NCBI GenBank assembly: GCA_043228905.1 | Contig: JBHGNT010000005.1 | Span: 16,492,001 to 16,556,000, forward strand | Source: Azolla caroliniana | Taxonomy: Eukaryota; Plantae; Polypodiophyta | Length of the DNA stretch: 64,000 bases | Direction of reading: 5' to 3' | Shown here: positions 1 to 12,000 of the stretch, piece after piece | Numbering within the stretch: the first letter of the stretch is position 1 | How the letters are laid out: every line of letters starts with the position of its first letter | Position numbers and translations under genes: made by a program | Notes under the pieces: model-generated | What the model was told of the DNA's origin: nothing | Database searches by the model: none | Seen by the model: the letters and a program-made list of their open reading frames with translations, nothing else

Positions 1-1707
1 CGACGCTCCGGAGTCTACCACCCAGGTCATCTCGTCGCCGGCAAGGTTTATCTCACTCTCCTCGGTGATGAGCATCAACTCCTCTTCACTTGCCGCGATT
101 GTCGTCGTTCCCTTCCGGTCCGGTCCCCTACGGTCTTTACCGTTCCGGTTCGGTGTCCGCTTCGAATCGGTGTCGTCAGTTTCCTTGTCTTTACGGAAGT
201 GTCGATAGTTCTTCTGGAAGTGTCCCGGCTTGCCGCAATAGAAGCAAGTAGGCCTCCCCCTTGACTTTGACCGTGTCCCCAACTTCTCCCGGTTCTGGGG
301 ACTACGGTTTCTGTGTCTTCCGCGTTCCGATTCGGTAAGGAGCGCTTTGGAGTCGGAGCTCGTATCCTTATCTTTCCGACGCGCCTCCTCATCCAGCAAA
401 CTCGACTTCACTCTTGCTAGGGATAACCGTTTTCCTTCCGGCCCGGCGTTGCCCAAAGTGACGACCAACGTCTCCCAGCTATCCGGGAGGGAACCGAGCA
501 GGAGTAGTGCTAGTACCTCGTTGGCGAGAGGTACTTCCAATGATGTTGCCTGGTGTATCAGCCCCTGGAAGGCATTCATGTGCTCCGCCATGCTGGAGCC
601 ATCTTGGTACCGGAGTCTTACTAGCTTCCGGAATACCGAAACCTAATTAACAGCATTTTTGTTTTGAAACATTATGCCGATCTTCTCCCAGAGCTCATGA
701 GCCTTGCTCTCTTCATTGAAGTTGTTGTACATGCTCATGTCGATGAAGCACCGTATGTACGCCGTTGTCTTCATGTGCATCACCTCCCATATCGCGGCGT
801 CAATTTTGTCCGGTCTCTTGTCCCCAAACTGAACCGGCAGCCAGAGGTCTTTAACCACGAGCATGTCCCTCATCTTCGACTTCCACACTGAATAGTTGGA
901 GCCGGTGAGCTTGAACATGCCGCCAAATGATTCGTCCATTTTCTGTGTCGTTTCGCTCTAATACCACTTGACGGGAACTGCAATGCTCGGCCACAACCGA
1001 GCTTAAAATCATACATAGAAAACAGGAATGAATGCACGACACAAGAGAAGAGACGAGTACGCAGGATGTTTACGTGGAAAACCCAAACTAAGGGAAAAAC
1101 CATGGCAGCCCACAGGCTGCAAACTATCACTATGCTAGAATGTACAACAGTGAGTTCACGGAGGCAACGACCTCGTGCTCACGATCCTCGCCACAGGCGG
1201 CGGTTACAACAGAGGCAACGACCTCTTTCTCTCTCTCTCTCTCTCTGTACAGTTCCGCGCTCTCTCTCTCCTTGCACCAACAAGAATAACAACAACTAAC
1301 AAAAAGTTTGCCTTAAGTCATATTTATACTAATATGACTTTTCGGCTATTTACAAATATAGCCATGATGGACTCTCAAAAACATATTTACTAATATGTCT
1401 CTTCATCCGGTGAGCACTCCTCACCGGGTCTGCACCATCCGGCTCTCCGTAGCCGGGTACTCCTCATCCGGTCCTCACCGGGTCTGCACCATCAGGCTCT
1501 CCGTAGCCGAGTACTCCTCATCCGGTTCTCACCGGGTCTGCACCATCCGGCTCTCCGTAGCCGGGTACTCCTCATCCGGTTCTCACCGGGTCTGCACCAT
1601 CCGGCTCTCCGTAGCCGAGTACTCCTCATACGGTTTCGGCCTCGGCCGAGTTTGTTCATCAGCACTGTTCTTCTCCCTTCCCATCCGGAGGGACCTATCT
1701 CCCAACA
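1..1707 (-). mobile_element. Ty1/copia LTR retrotransposon, Tork/Tnt1-like, 5' part (5' LTR, PBS, degenerate gag and start of protease); runs off the left edge of the window
   Basis: 5' LTR 969-1707 (TG..CA). PBS TGGTATTAGAGCG at ~954-966. Gag MDESFGGMFKLTGSNYSVWKSKMRDML (643-939) hits a stop, then a CCHC knuckle region and protease motif WVVDSGAS at the window start. It is inserted in the RNaseH region of the Ale-like element; compare the uninterrupted site at ~44140. Confidence 0.92.
1420..1630. repeat. Four tandem ~54-bp repeats in the U3 region of the LTR
   Basis: Unit ctcaccgggtctgcaccatccggctctccgtagccg(g/a)gtactcctcatccggt(t/c) occurs four times. Confidence 0.9.
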
Positions 1708-4700
1708 ATAGCTCTATACTCTGCTTCGGTTTTTGACCTTGCTACTATTGACTGTTTCTTACTCTTCGAAGAGACCAGATTGCCTCCAACAAACATGTAG
1801 TATCCTGATGTGGATTTCCTATCATCAGCACAACTAGCCCAATCAGAATCACAATAGCCCTCACTGTTAAAATGACCATTTTTCTAAAGATTAATCCCTT
1901 CCCTAGGGCAATTTTGAGATATCTCAGAATATGGTACACTGCATCCATATGATCTTTCCTCGGATCATGCATGTAGCAACTTACCACACTTACTGCAAAT
2001 GAAATATCTGGACGGGTGTGAGTCAAATAAATCAGTCGACCTACCAACCTTTGATACCTTTCACGATCAACTTTCTCTCCTGCAAGTTCAATTAGCTTGA
2101 TCTTTTGGTCGATTGGAGAAGCTACACGCTTACAAACCAACATGCTAGATTTTGTGAGAAGATCTAATACATATTTTCGCTGAGATAGAACAACTCCTGT
2201 TGCTCCACGAGCTACCTAAATTCCAAGAAAGTATCATAGCAATCCTAGATCCTTCACCTCAAACTCTTTACCCAATTGCAACTTCAGTTGGGCAATTTCT
2301 CCTTCATCGTTACGCATGATAATTATATAATCCACATACACAACAAGTAATGTAGTATGCTCCTTGTGTGGTCGAAAAAACATTGTATGGTCTACATTCA
2401 TCTGTTGGTATCCCATACCCACCATATCCCTTCTTAACTTGTCGAACCAGGCTCGAAGAGATTGCGCCAGGTCATAAAGCGATTTCCTTAGTCTGCAAAC
2501 CTTACCTATTGTGTGAATTGTACCAAAACCTTGGGGGACATCCATGTAGACTTCCTCCATCAACTCTCCATGAAGGAATGCATTTTTTACATCTAATAGA
2601 TGTAATTTCCAATCCTTATTCACTGCTAAGGAAATAAGCGTTCTATCAATGCTCATCTTCGCCACATGTGCAAAAGTCTCATCATAGTCGATGCCATATG
2701 TCTTACTATATCCTTTAGCCACATATCGTGCCTTGTATCGATCTAATTTTCGTTCTAGGGTCTGTTTTATTGTAAACACCCATTTGCACCCAACCGCCTT
2801 CTTTCTTAGTGGTAGTGACACAATCTCCCAAGTTTTGTTCTTCTCAAGAGCTCTTAGTTCTTCTTGCATGGCTGCATTCCATTTTGGATCTTCTTTAGCA
2901 ACCGGCCAACACTTGCGTAAAGTAACAATGTCTAATGATGCAATGAATTCTCTGTGTAACTGATATGTTAGAATAAGAGATAAATTGAACAATATCATGA
3001 GAAAAACCATAACGATCAGGAGGAACTCCTGCATTACTGCGAGAGGTTCTCCTAATATCTATAGGAGAAGGAGAGGAAATCATATCACTTGTGATTTCTG
3101 GGTTTGGGAGTTTTGTAGGTATTTCAGAAGTCGAGGCAGGTCGGGACATGGAACTTGATGGCACATATGGCACTGAAGATGCGTTCATATTTCCTTCTTT
3201 CTGCCTCCTCTTCCTTGTATACACCTTTAGCTCTCCCTCAGCTTGAGTCCCAACACATATAGGCTCCTCATCTTCGTTTCCTTCTTCTTCCATACCTCCT
3301 ACGCTCACTTGTTTCTCAAGTGATATAGGGATCAGCAAAGGAATTGATCCTATTTTTAGAATATGGCACTGACTCTCTAAAATGCACATCCATGCTCACA
3401 AATAATCTCTTCTCTACTGGACTCCAGCAAACATAGCCTTTTTGTGTGGCAGAATATCCCACACATACACATTTAACATCTTTAGGATCAAGTTTTCCTA
3501 CATATGGTCTACAATCCTTTACAAAACACACACATCCAAACACCTTCAAAGGAAGGATTCCAGAGTTATTGCCTTGCAACAACTCACATGGAAACCTCCA
3601 CTCCAATACTCTAGAGGGCATTCTATTGATCAATGTGGCAGCCGTCAAAACTGCCTATCCCCACAACTGCTTTGGGACATTCATAGAAATCATCATCCTT
3701 CTCATTACCTCTAGAAGATTTCTACTCTTCCTCTCTACTACTTTTGTTCTGGTGTATGTGGGCATGTAGTTTGATGTTGTATTCCTTGATCTGAGAGGTA
3801 TGCCCTAAATATCATGTTAACATACTCTGTTCCATTATCAAACCTCAACACTATTACTACTACACCATATTGAGTTAGAACTGCTCAATGAAAATCTTTA
3901 AAACAAGCAAATACTTCATTCTTTTTCCTCATCAAATATAACCAAGTTACACGAGAGAATCAGTCAATGAAAGAGACAAAATATCTATATCCATTAATAG
4001 AACTTGTGGAACACAATCCCCAAACATCGGAGTGTATTACATTAAATGCATGGGAACTCCTATGACCTGAACTAGCATATGAGATTTTAGTAAGCTTACC
4101 AAATTCACATGCATCACATTTAACAAGTTTTGTTTTATCAACCTTTTCAAAAAGGTGTGGATACACCCCACTCAAAACGCCATACGAGGTATGTCCCATA
4201 CGTTGGTGGTAAAGTATCAATAACTCCTCATAACTCATTATAGATCCCCTTACATTTGTTCCCTCTACCATAGATGCTAATGTTGAATCCAACCCTTCAC
4301 GATCCGAATACCATAGTCCACTATGCCATGTGTCAGTCCCAAGTCTCTGATCTGTCCCTTTTTCCTGGAATATTACCTTGGGAATATCAAAAGAAACAAC
4401 ACATTTTAGTTGGTGTATGATAGAACTTATGGATAATAAGTTTACTAGGAAAGAAGGAGCATGCGACACATTAGACAATGTCACAAAGTCGGTACATTTT
4501 ACTGTACCTATACCCACTACAGGTTGTGTTGTATCGTCAGCAGTTTGAATGCTTTCTGGCATTGCTAAGTAAGTATACGACGAGAATTCACTAGCATTAC
4601 CCGTCACATGCCTAGATGCACCAAAATCAATTATCCATTCTGGTGTAGAGGCAAGAGTATTTGTGTTGCTAGTACTTGTGGCCGAATAAGCATAGGTGGC

Positions 4701-6200
4701 AATGTTACCTCTTGACATGAATGAAGTATCATCTACAGCTCTTTGCTTCCTCCTAAGTATTTCTAAGAGAGCTTGATCCTCTTCGGTGAACACCACCTTA
4801 GTTCATTCCTCTTCTTTTGCTACCATCAAGTTTGCTTGGTGACCTCCTCTTGCACCTCTTCGGCCCCCTCGACCACGACTTCTAGTTATTCCACGTCCTC
4901 CATATTCTCTCTCCTTAGGTGGTTTATGGCAAGCATTCTTTAAATGACCAGCTTCACCACAATTGTAGCATTTTCAATTTTCACTTCCTCTTGAATTTGA
5001 CACCATTAATGTCGATCGTACCCCTGGAAGTCCGGAAGTGTCAAAGAGCAACTTCATTCTACTCTCCACTTGTATCATAGTCGCAATTCCCTCATCAAGT
5101 GTGGGAATTTCAACCTTGGCTAGAAGAATTCCCCTTCTTTGATCAAACGATGGGTTAAGATGTTTCAAAAATTGCATCGTTCTTCTTTGAGCAGAAACCT
5201 CCTTGCTCTTACATTAAGGATCATTGCACACTGTCATAGGTGAGAAATGATTATATTCTGCCCATAAACGCTCTAGTTCTATGGCATATTCCTGAATCTT
5301 CCTATCTCCCTGCTAAACATCATCTATCACCTGCTCGATTTGAAATACTCGCATGGTGTTTCCCCTCCCAACATACGTCTTTTGCAATCTCTCCCATATC
5401 TCCTTCACACTTAAAATTCCATCAACTATTGTGGCGATTGATGGAATCATGGAGTTGAGAAGCCACGTGTACAAAGACATGTGGGTAGCTCTCCATGCTT
5501 TCCATTCATTGCTCGTTATGACAGGAGGTTCTTTATCTTCTCCCGTTAGGTAGCCGTCAAGGCTTCTCCCTACCAAGGCACCTATAATCCGATGCGACCA
5601 GCTCAAGTATGTGGTTGGTCCATTGAGTTTGAACTCAACTGGGAGGAGTTCAAGTCAAGTTGGTGGTTGTGTTCCTGTCACACCTCCAGATGCTACAATC
5701 TCAGCCTGCTTCATGTATTTCACCAATGTTTTCACCTCATCCTCATTCAATTTTGAGAACACCTCATCCATCTTCTCAACTTGGCCTATCTCTGCTCTCC
5801 GCTTCTGACTTCTTTTCTCAAGTCACCTCTCAATCACATAGCAATGTCATCCCAAATGGAAAAAATGCCCCTTTCCTCTCTTGGATGCTAGGATAGTGAT
5901 GTTCCAATTGTTGTCATACCAACAAAAGGGTGGATCTAGGGTTTTGGAGAGGGCTGATCTAGGGTTTTGCAGAGGGGCGGATCTATGGTTTGATACCATA
6001 AAGAAAACTGAGAAGGCACATCTGTTCAGTAATATACATTGGTATGTCACAACTGGAGGGAGAAAATGCAGAGATCGCTCATATTTACATGAGGAGAAAG
6101 TTCCTCTTTATAAAGGCCAAGATCTGGCCGTTGGGCTAACTAGTTGTTGGAACTAACTAGTCGTTGGGCTAGCCGTTATAACTTTTAAACATTCTCAACA
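1708..6200 (-). mobile_element. Degenerate Ty1/copia element, Ale-like (copy 1); its 3' end lies outside the window beyond the nested insertion
   Basis: Short 202-bp 5' LTR 5999-6200 with PBS (tttgatacca) ending at 5998. Fragmented gag (5313-5606), protease WIIDFGAS, integrase ([15 protein letters not shown]), RT ([17 protein letters not shown]) and RNaseH, with many stops and frameshifts. Confidence 0.93.
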
Positions 6201-6809
6201 ATTGTTCTCGTTCCAAAAATATTGCAAGGAAATAAAATAATTGGATCCTAAAATACTTTGGTTGTTGTGATGGTCCCAAAAACATTTATACACAAGCAAT
6301 CTTTAGAGGATACTTAGTCAACGTGTTTCTTAACAACCTAATAGTTCTTGTGGGTTTAGCTTACAACATGGCTCACATATTGCTTATTCAGACTTCTTAG
6401 GAAACCTAACATTTACACCCATATGAATCAATTTCTATTGATTTAATCACCAAATATTTTTTGCAAAAACTAAAAATCAAGCTTTAAGGTGATGATAGTA
6501 GTGAATATACATAATATTAGAGTGAGTTAGAGTCATGAATCATGATCTTTGAAAAGAATGTCAAATAGGTGGTTTGAAAAAATGCATGGCATTATGTAGT
6601 AACATTGATTAATAGAATTTCCACAACAAGCATTAAAAATATTGCTCATTATAGTTTTCTTTTGGACCAAAGCCTAGATGTGATGGTTTAAAAGTGTTTT
6701 TGACAGGTTTGTTATATGCATTTTGTTATGTTCACATACTTTGTCATGCTTGAAATAAACTTAATGAAAAATTATTAAAATATATGTTTTTGGGGATTGA
6801 TAACATAAA

Positions 6810-6875
6810 AAAATTATGATCTAGAAGGCAAGGAATTCTATGTTTCTCGTGATATCAAATTTGATGAAAACACAA
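6810..6875 (+). mobile_element. Highly decayed copia integrase C-terminal fragment
   Basis: Translates to YDLEGKEFYVSRDIKFDEN, matching the copia SRDVxFDE motif. Confidence 0.5.
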
Positions 6876-8919
6876 GTATGGGATTCGATGTGCTTGCGAT
6901 ATCATAAGTATTGTAAGGTTTAAGTTCACCAACCACAAGAAAAACTTGTACAAGATAAATGAAAGAAGATTCACGAAAAGGAGGAGGGCTCATATATCAA
7001 TAATGGGACTACATTTGAGCTATGCAAATCAAGAGTAAGAAAACCTATGTGGATAGGTTAACTCATCTTTCATTATGTGGAGCAAACATTGTTTATTTAT
7101 GTATCAAAAATTGAACATTGCATTCAGTTAAATTGTGATGTAAATCAGATGAGAGAGAAAGCATAAAGAAGAAATGCAAGCTAAATCGTGATGTAAATCA
7201 GGTGAGAGAGAGCATAAAGAAGAAACGCAAATGCAATGGTGTCGCAGATGTCAAAGAAACAACCAATTGTTGCTTAAGCATAACTTTGTGCATCATTGCA
7301 ACCTACAAAGTTGTGGATTGAGTTCCTCAAAGACCTTGTAGAGTCCAATTCCAAGCTCTATTACATTGGCAAAAAGACTACCCATGCTAAGACCAAACAT
7401 GTTGGAATCCACCACTATTAAATTTGTGAAAATATTATTGGATTCGTAGATTTTTAATATATCAAAATTGGAGTCCAAGTTGACAATATTCATACAAAGC
7501 ACAAAGCCTTGCAGCCAATTGTATATTTACACCTCACCTCACATTAAATATAAAAGAAACATCATATGAGAAATATCCTACAACTACCTATCATGAGAGG
7601 TCTGAGATAATATGAAAATATGTTAAGACAAGTCGATGTTGAAATTCTTCATTATACATTCTACTTTATCTATACTTTACCTCAAATCTTCTAGCAAACA
7701 TATAACATAACCAACACACACTGATCGAAACGTGTAACCAAGCATCTGCCCAAGAAGCCATATTCCAAATATCAAATTTGATAGCTTCAATCAAAAAGTA
7801 ACTGAGTGCCCATCATGTGCACAAAAGTGGATTGATCTTGTAAACAATATATTCTCAAGAAACGTAGCAAGGGGCCAAGTTGAACATAGCCTGCTTTCAA
7901 ACATAAATATTTTCATAAAGAACCACCAAACTTTATGCTTTATATTGGATTTGCTAAAACCAGACCTTGAACATTCTTCACTACAATAGGCAGAAATGGT
8001 TTTTGCCAAGCATTAAAAAAACATGATACAAAGTCTTGCTTGATTGATCCCAATGAGCATCATTTAAAATTCACTTCCACTAATATGAAAGTCCCAAGTA
8101 ACATCTAACATTGACTCATGCTCAACTATTAAATAATCCTGCATCAAAGTCATCTTACAAAAATATGAATACCCATTGATTTAAAATTCAAGTAGTTAAT
8201 TAAAGCTGCATATATTCCCTGTGGCTACATGGTGTATATGCCATGGGACGTCCTAGGGTGTTCCCAAAACTACAGTTATTGTGATTATAGAGCTCACATA
8301 ATGTATCACTGGCACCACAACAGCTATATGAATTGTTCTTCATGTTGAGACAATAAATAAAACTGCAAGCAGCACAATTTCGCTAAGAATTGGATGATAA
8401 CCTAAACCCATCTTCATTAGCATGTTGTTACGACACTGATAAGCATATGTACTCCTTGCCTTGCTCGTCATCTCATTGACACGAATATTTATAAATTGAC
8501 AGTATTTGCAAGCTCACTTCCCCTTCACTGAAATTATTTCTATGCCCCAGAATCAGACAGTTTCCTATCCTGCAATCCAATATGTTAGCCACCACATCTG
8601 CTTTCCCATATGTCTCGCACAGTTCATCATTAGACCTCAAAAGAAGCAAACATGGGCCAAATATCTATCCATATAAAGGGAAATAAGATTCCTATGCATA
8701 TCTCACATCATGCATTTTGTTCTCTTCAAGCACACCAACCCATAGCATCCGTTTTTCCCTTCATATTTAATTGGACATGATCGAGGGGAACAATGGAACC
8801 CTTTATTCAACCAGAGCTACACAACATACAACAGGGCAAAGCGTTTCTACTGCCTGGTTCATTCGACTGCCTTATTTATACAGTTGTACTAAAACAAGAC
8901 AGAATGCCGCATCTCTCTC

Positions 8920-8934
8920 ATATATAAATATATA

Positions 8935-8965
<31 letters not shown>

Positions 8966-8976
8966 AGATATAGATA
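8920..8976. repeat. (AT)n/(AGATAT)n microsatellite just downstream of the NAPRT stop codon
   Basis: Read directly from the sequence. Confidence 0.9.
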
Positions 8977-9037
8977 TTTCTCTTCTATATTTGTATATAC
9001 ATTATTTCTAATATATATATATAATCTATTAATATCA

Positions 9038-12000
9038 TTAGCGTAATTCTCCAACAGGGGCTTCTTTCAGCCACAGCGTATGAATAAACTGATATAGCTC
9101 TGCCGAAACACTCACCTGATTCCAAAAGAAAAACAAGCCAAATTGGTAACAAGCACATGAATAAAAATAGACTAGGGAGAAAAATAAAAGTAAAGAGGTA
9201 CAAAGAGTAGAATAACTAAAGATTGCACAGAACTTAAACACAATTGATATACACATGAGACCTACAGACCTTGTAAGGTGTAGGATTTAGGCCCCGGAGA
9301 TGATCAGGACGCATTGCTTCCAACTGTTCTTTACAACGAATCCTCGTCTCTTCCAATGATGGTAATCTCTCCCGAACTTTTCCTTTCAGAAACATTGTAA
9401 CAAGATTTAGTATTTATACTGACAGTTAGAGCAATTCTTGACAGTAGATCTTATTTTATACCTGATTTTCCAGTCCAATAACACTTGTAAAGCTTTTCCA
9501 CTCTCTGAGGTATTACATACGCTCGTTTTGATTCGATGAAAGGATGTCTGCATAGTATTCGTTCTCCCACCTATATAATCAACCAAATTCACAACATAAA
9601 AGACATCTGAAAAGCAAGGAGTTTTTTATGGAAAAAAGGTTGTCTTCTATCTTACTCAGTCAAAACTTTCCAAAAGCATGCTGGGTCAAAACTCTAAGAT
9701 TGACATGACACGATGTTAAAATCATGAATCCCAAGGGAAGGAGAAACAAACAGATTGAGGGATAGTATAGAAGATAGAGCGGAAACAAAATCCATTGATG
9801 GATTTTTGGCGGTACGGAACCATATCTTCAGAAAGATTTTTATTCTAAAAAAGAAACTGTTTTTTGATGATTAGTAACAAGCAACGACTCGTGACGAGCA
9901 GGCAACATGAGTTCCATTTCTCCCATATGCATCAGAACTGCAACCTAAGTCTTCTTGTTGGCTAGGTCGCCTCTGATGAAATACCTTTTAGATCTATACT
10001 TCTTAATACCCTAGTACCACTCCAAAGTCACCCAACATTATATTCTCTAGGTTCCATGATTTATAGGCTACTGTCCATGATATCTTCAGGGCACCACTAA
10101 CAAATATAAGCTTGAAAACATGCATGATCTGCTGCAAACTAATGGGCGACAAGAGCAAAGGTTTTTCAAATTGATATATTAAATCATTTGGTCCCACTAC
10201 TACAACAGTTGCCCTCTGTTTTCATGATTGCAACATGTCGAGAATATGATCTCAGTCCCTTTCACAGATCATACATAATATGATATGCCACAGAACAATC
10301 CCCACTGAAAAATAAATCAACACTAGAGATATACTGCACATCCATATCCTCTATAGAAATACCTTGAAACATATCATTGCTGTTAATTATAACTCAGACT
10401 GCAGTCTTCTGCTGTTGTTAGTGCATTGAAGTTTCAGTTAAATATTACTAAACCTCGTCGTAGTGGACAGTTCCCTTCTGATACACATTCAGTTTAGGAA
10501 ATCTCAGAGTTCTCCTGGTTCCTTTATTTTGTAAATAATCAGCTCCAGTAAAGCATATGGGAACTCCTTTTTTAATAGGTTTCTAATTAGCTCAATATTT
10601 TCTCAATCAGATGCTCTTTGCATGTTTTAGTACATTTTCTATCCCTACAACTTTGTAATTGCATATGAAGCCTGAAATTCCAGAATGCTAGGGTATTGTC
10701 CTCAAATACAGAATTCACGTTAGCTTTCTGTTCAATATTGCGGGAATTATCCAGGCATACTCACATGAAAACTCTACGAACATATATACATATATATTTA
10801 AATTGTTTTTGATGTTGTCTTTTTCTCCTCCAACTCAGAACTATGTAGAATGGAATGGGTGTGCTCGAGCAAATAAATTATCGTTCTTTTGTTTTCATGC
10901 CAGCGATATCCAACTTCTTTGAGACAACAACGAAAAAACTTAGTTCCCGTTCCGTGCATATGCATTATCAGGTGCTCCGTCTCTCACATCTGGCCCGAAA
11001 TTCATCAGTTGTGCTCGAGAGATAGCCATCCACACATTGATAAGGAATGTATAGATTCCTGAAGGTGGGGTCCGTCAGCAGTGATCAGTCCTCCCAGGAT
11101 TGCCCGAATTCCACGAATGAATGGGAGGTTGAATCTCCGGTAGATCTCACCTGAATTGCCTCATCTATCTCCTCCTACAGCGTAGTTGGGTCTTGAGACC
11201 CGATCTAGTCATTAACAGAAGGAGTACGCTATGCTAACGTTCCTCGGATGATACGCATCTTCGGGTCAGGCGCCGATGGGCATATCAGACTACCTGTGTG
11301 TATGAAAGCCTTCACAGCCCAGGTGCAACGGCGCAATTATCAGGGGCGTGCTCAACCAACTGAGTTAATGACCGGAGGCCACAACACCAGGAGCAGGGGA
11401 ACTCACCCCATTATTCATCCCTCGGTGTTCCGACCTGAGGAAGTAAGCTCATGATCTGGGTCCTGCCTCACCCACCGGGATAGAATCCTATCGGTTAGAT
11501 TATAAATTTTCTCGTCTTAGAATGTCTCTTCCTCTTGGAACAGGTTCAGACTATGATTACAGAGATTCGGTGGAATTTTTGTTTTGTGAACGTTCGGTAA
11601 TTGGATCAATAAACCCGCGGACATTTTCAGTAAGATAACTGATATGCATTATTTCTTCCATCCCTAAACGTTTTTGCTTTTTTCAATTATCTTTAGAATG
11701 ACGATGGAGGGTATAAACAGGGAGGGTATAGTGATGCTGTGGATGACCCGGTATAAAGTACTAGTAATGATGTCGGCAAAGGGACGTTCTCCTGTACACC
11801 AGAAATGTTTAGCTCCGTATTTCTATCTCGTGATACTCAAATCGAAAGCATTTTTTTTAAAGTAGATACACTGAAGGGTCAGGGATCCGCCACGCACCTC
11901 ATCAAACCGGAATCAACCCAAAAAGGTTGTCGCTATTATACCAAAGGTATATCAGAAATCAGATGGACAAACGAAATTCCGGTAGATTGTCATGGAATGC

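Noticed and set aside
1420-1630. CRISPR-like array, or the repetitive ORF 1395-1736
   Set aside because: The repeats are head-to-tail with no unique spacers and lie in the U3 of an LTR; the ORF is a by-product.
11337-11373. Functional tRNA-Ile gene
   Set aside because: Only the 5' half is present, it is mutated, the group II intron is truncated, and there is no 3' exon.
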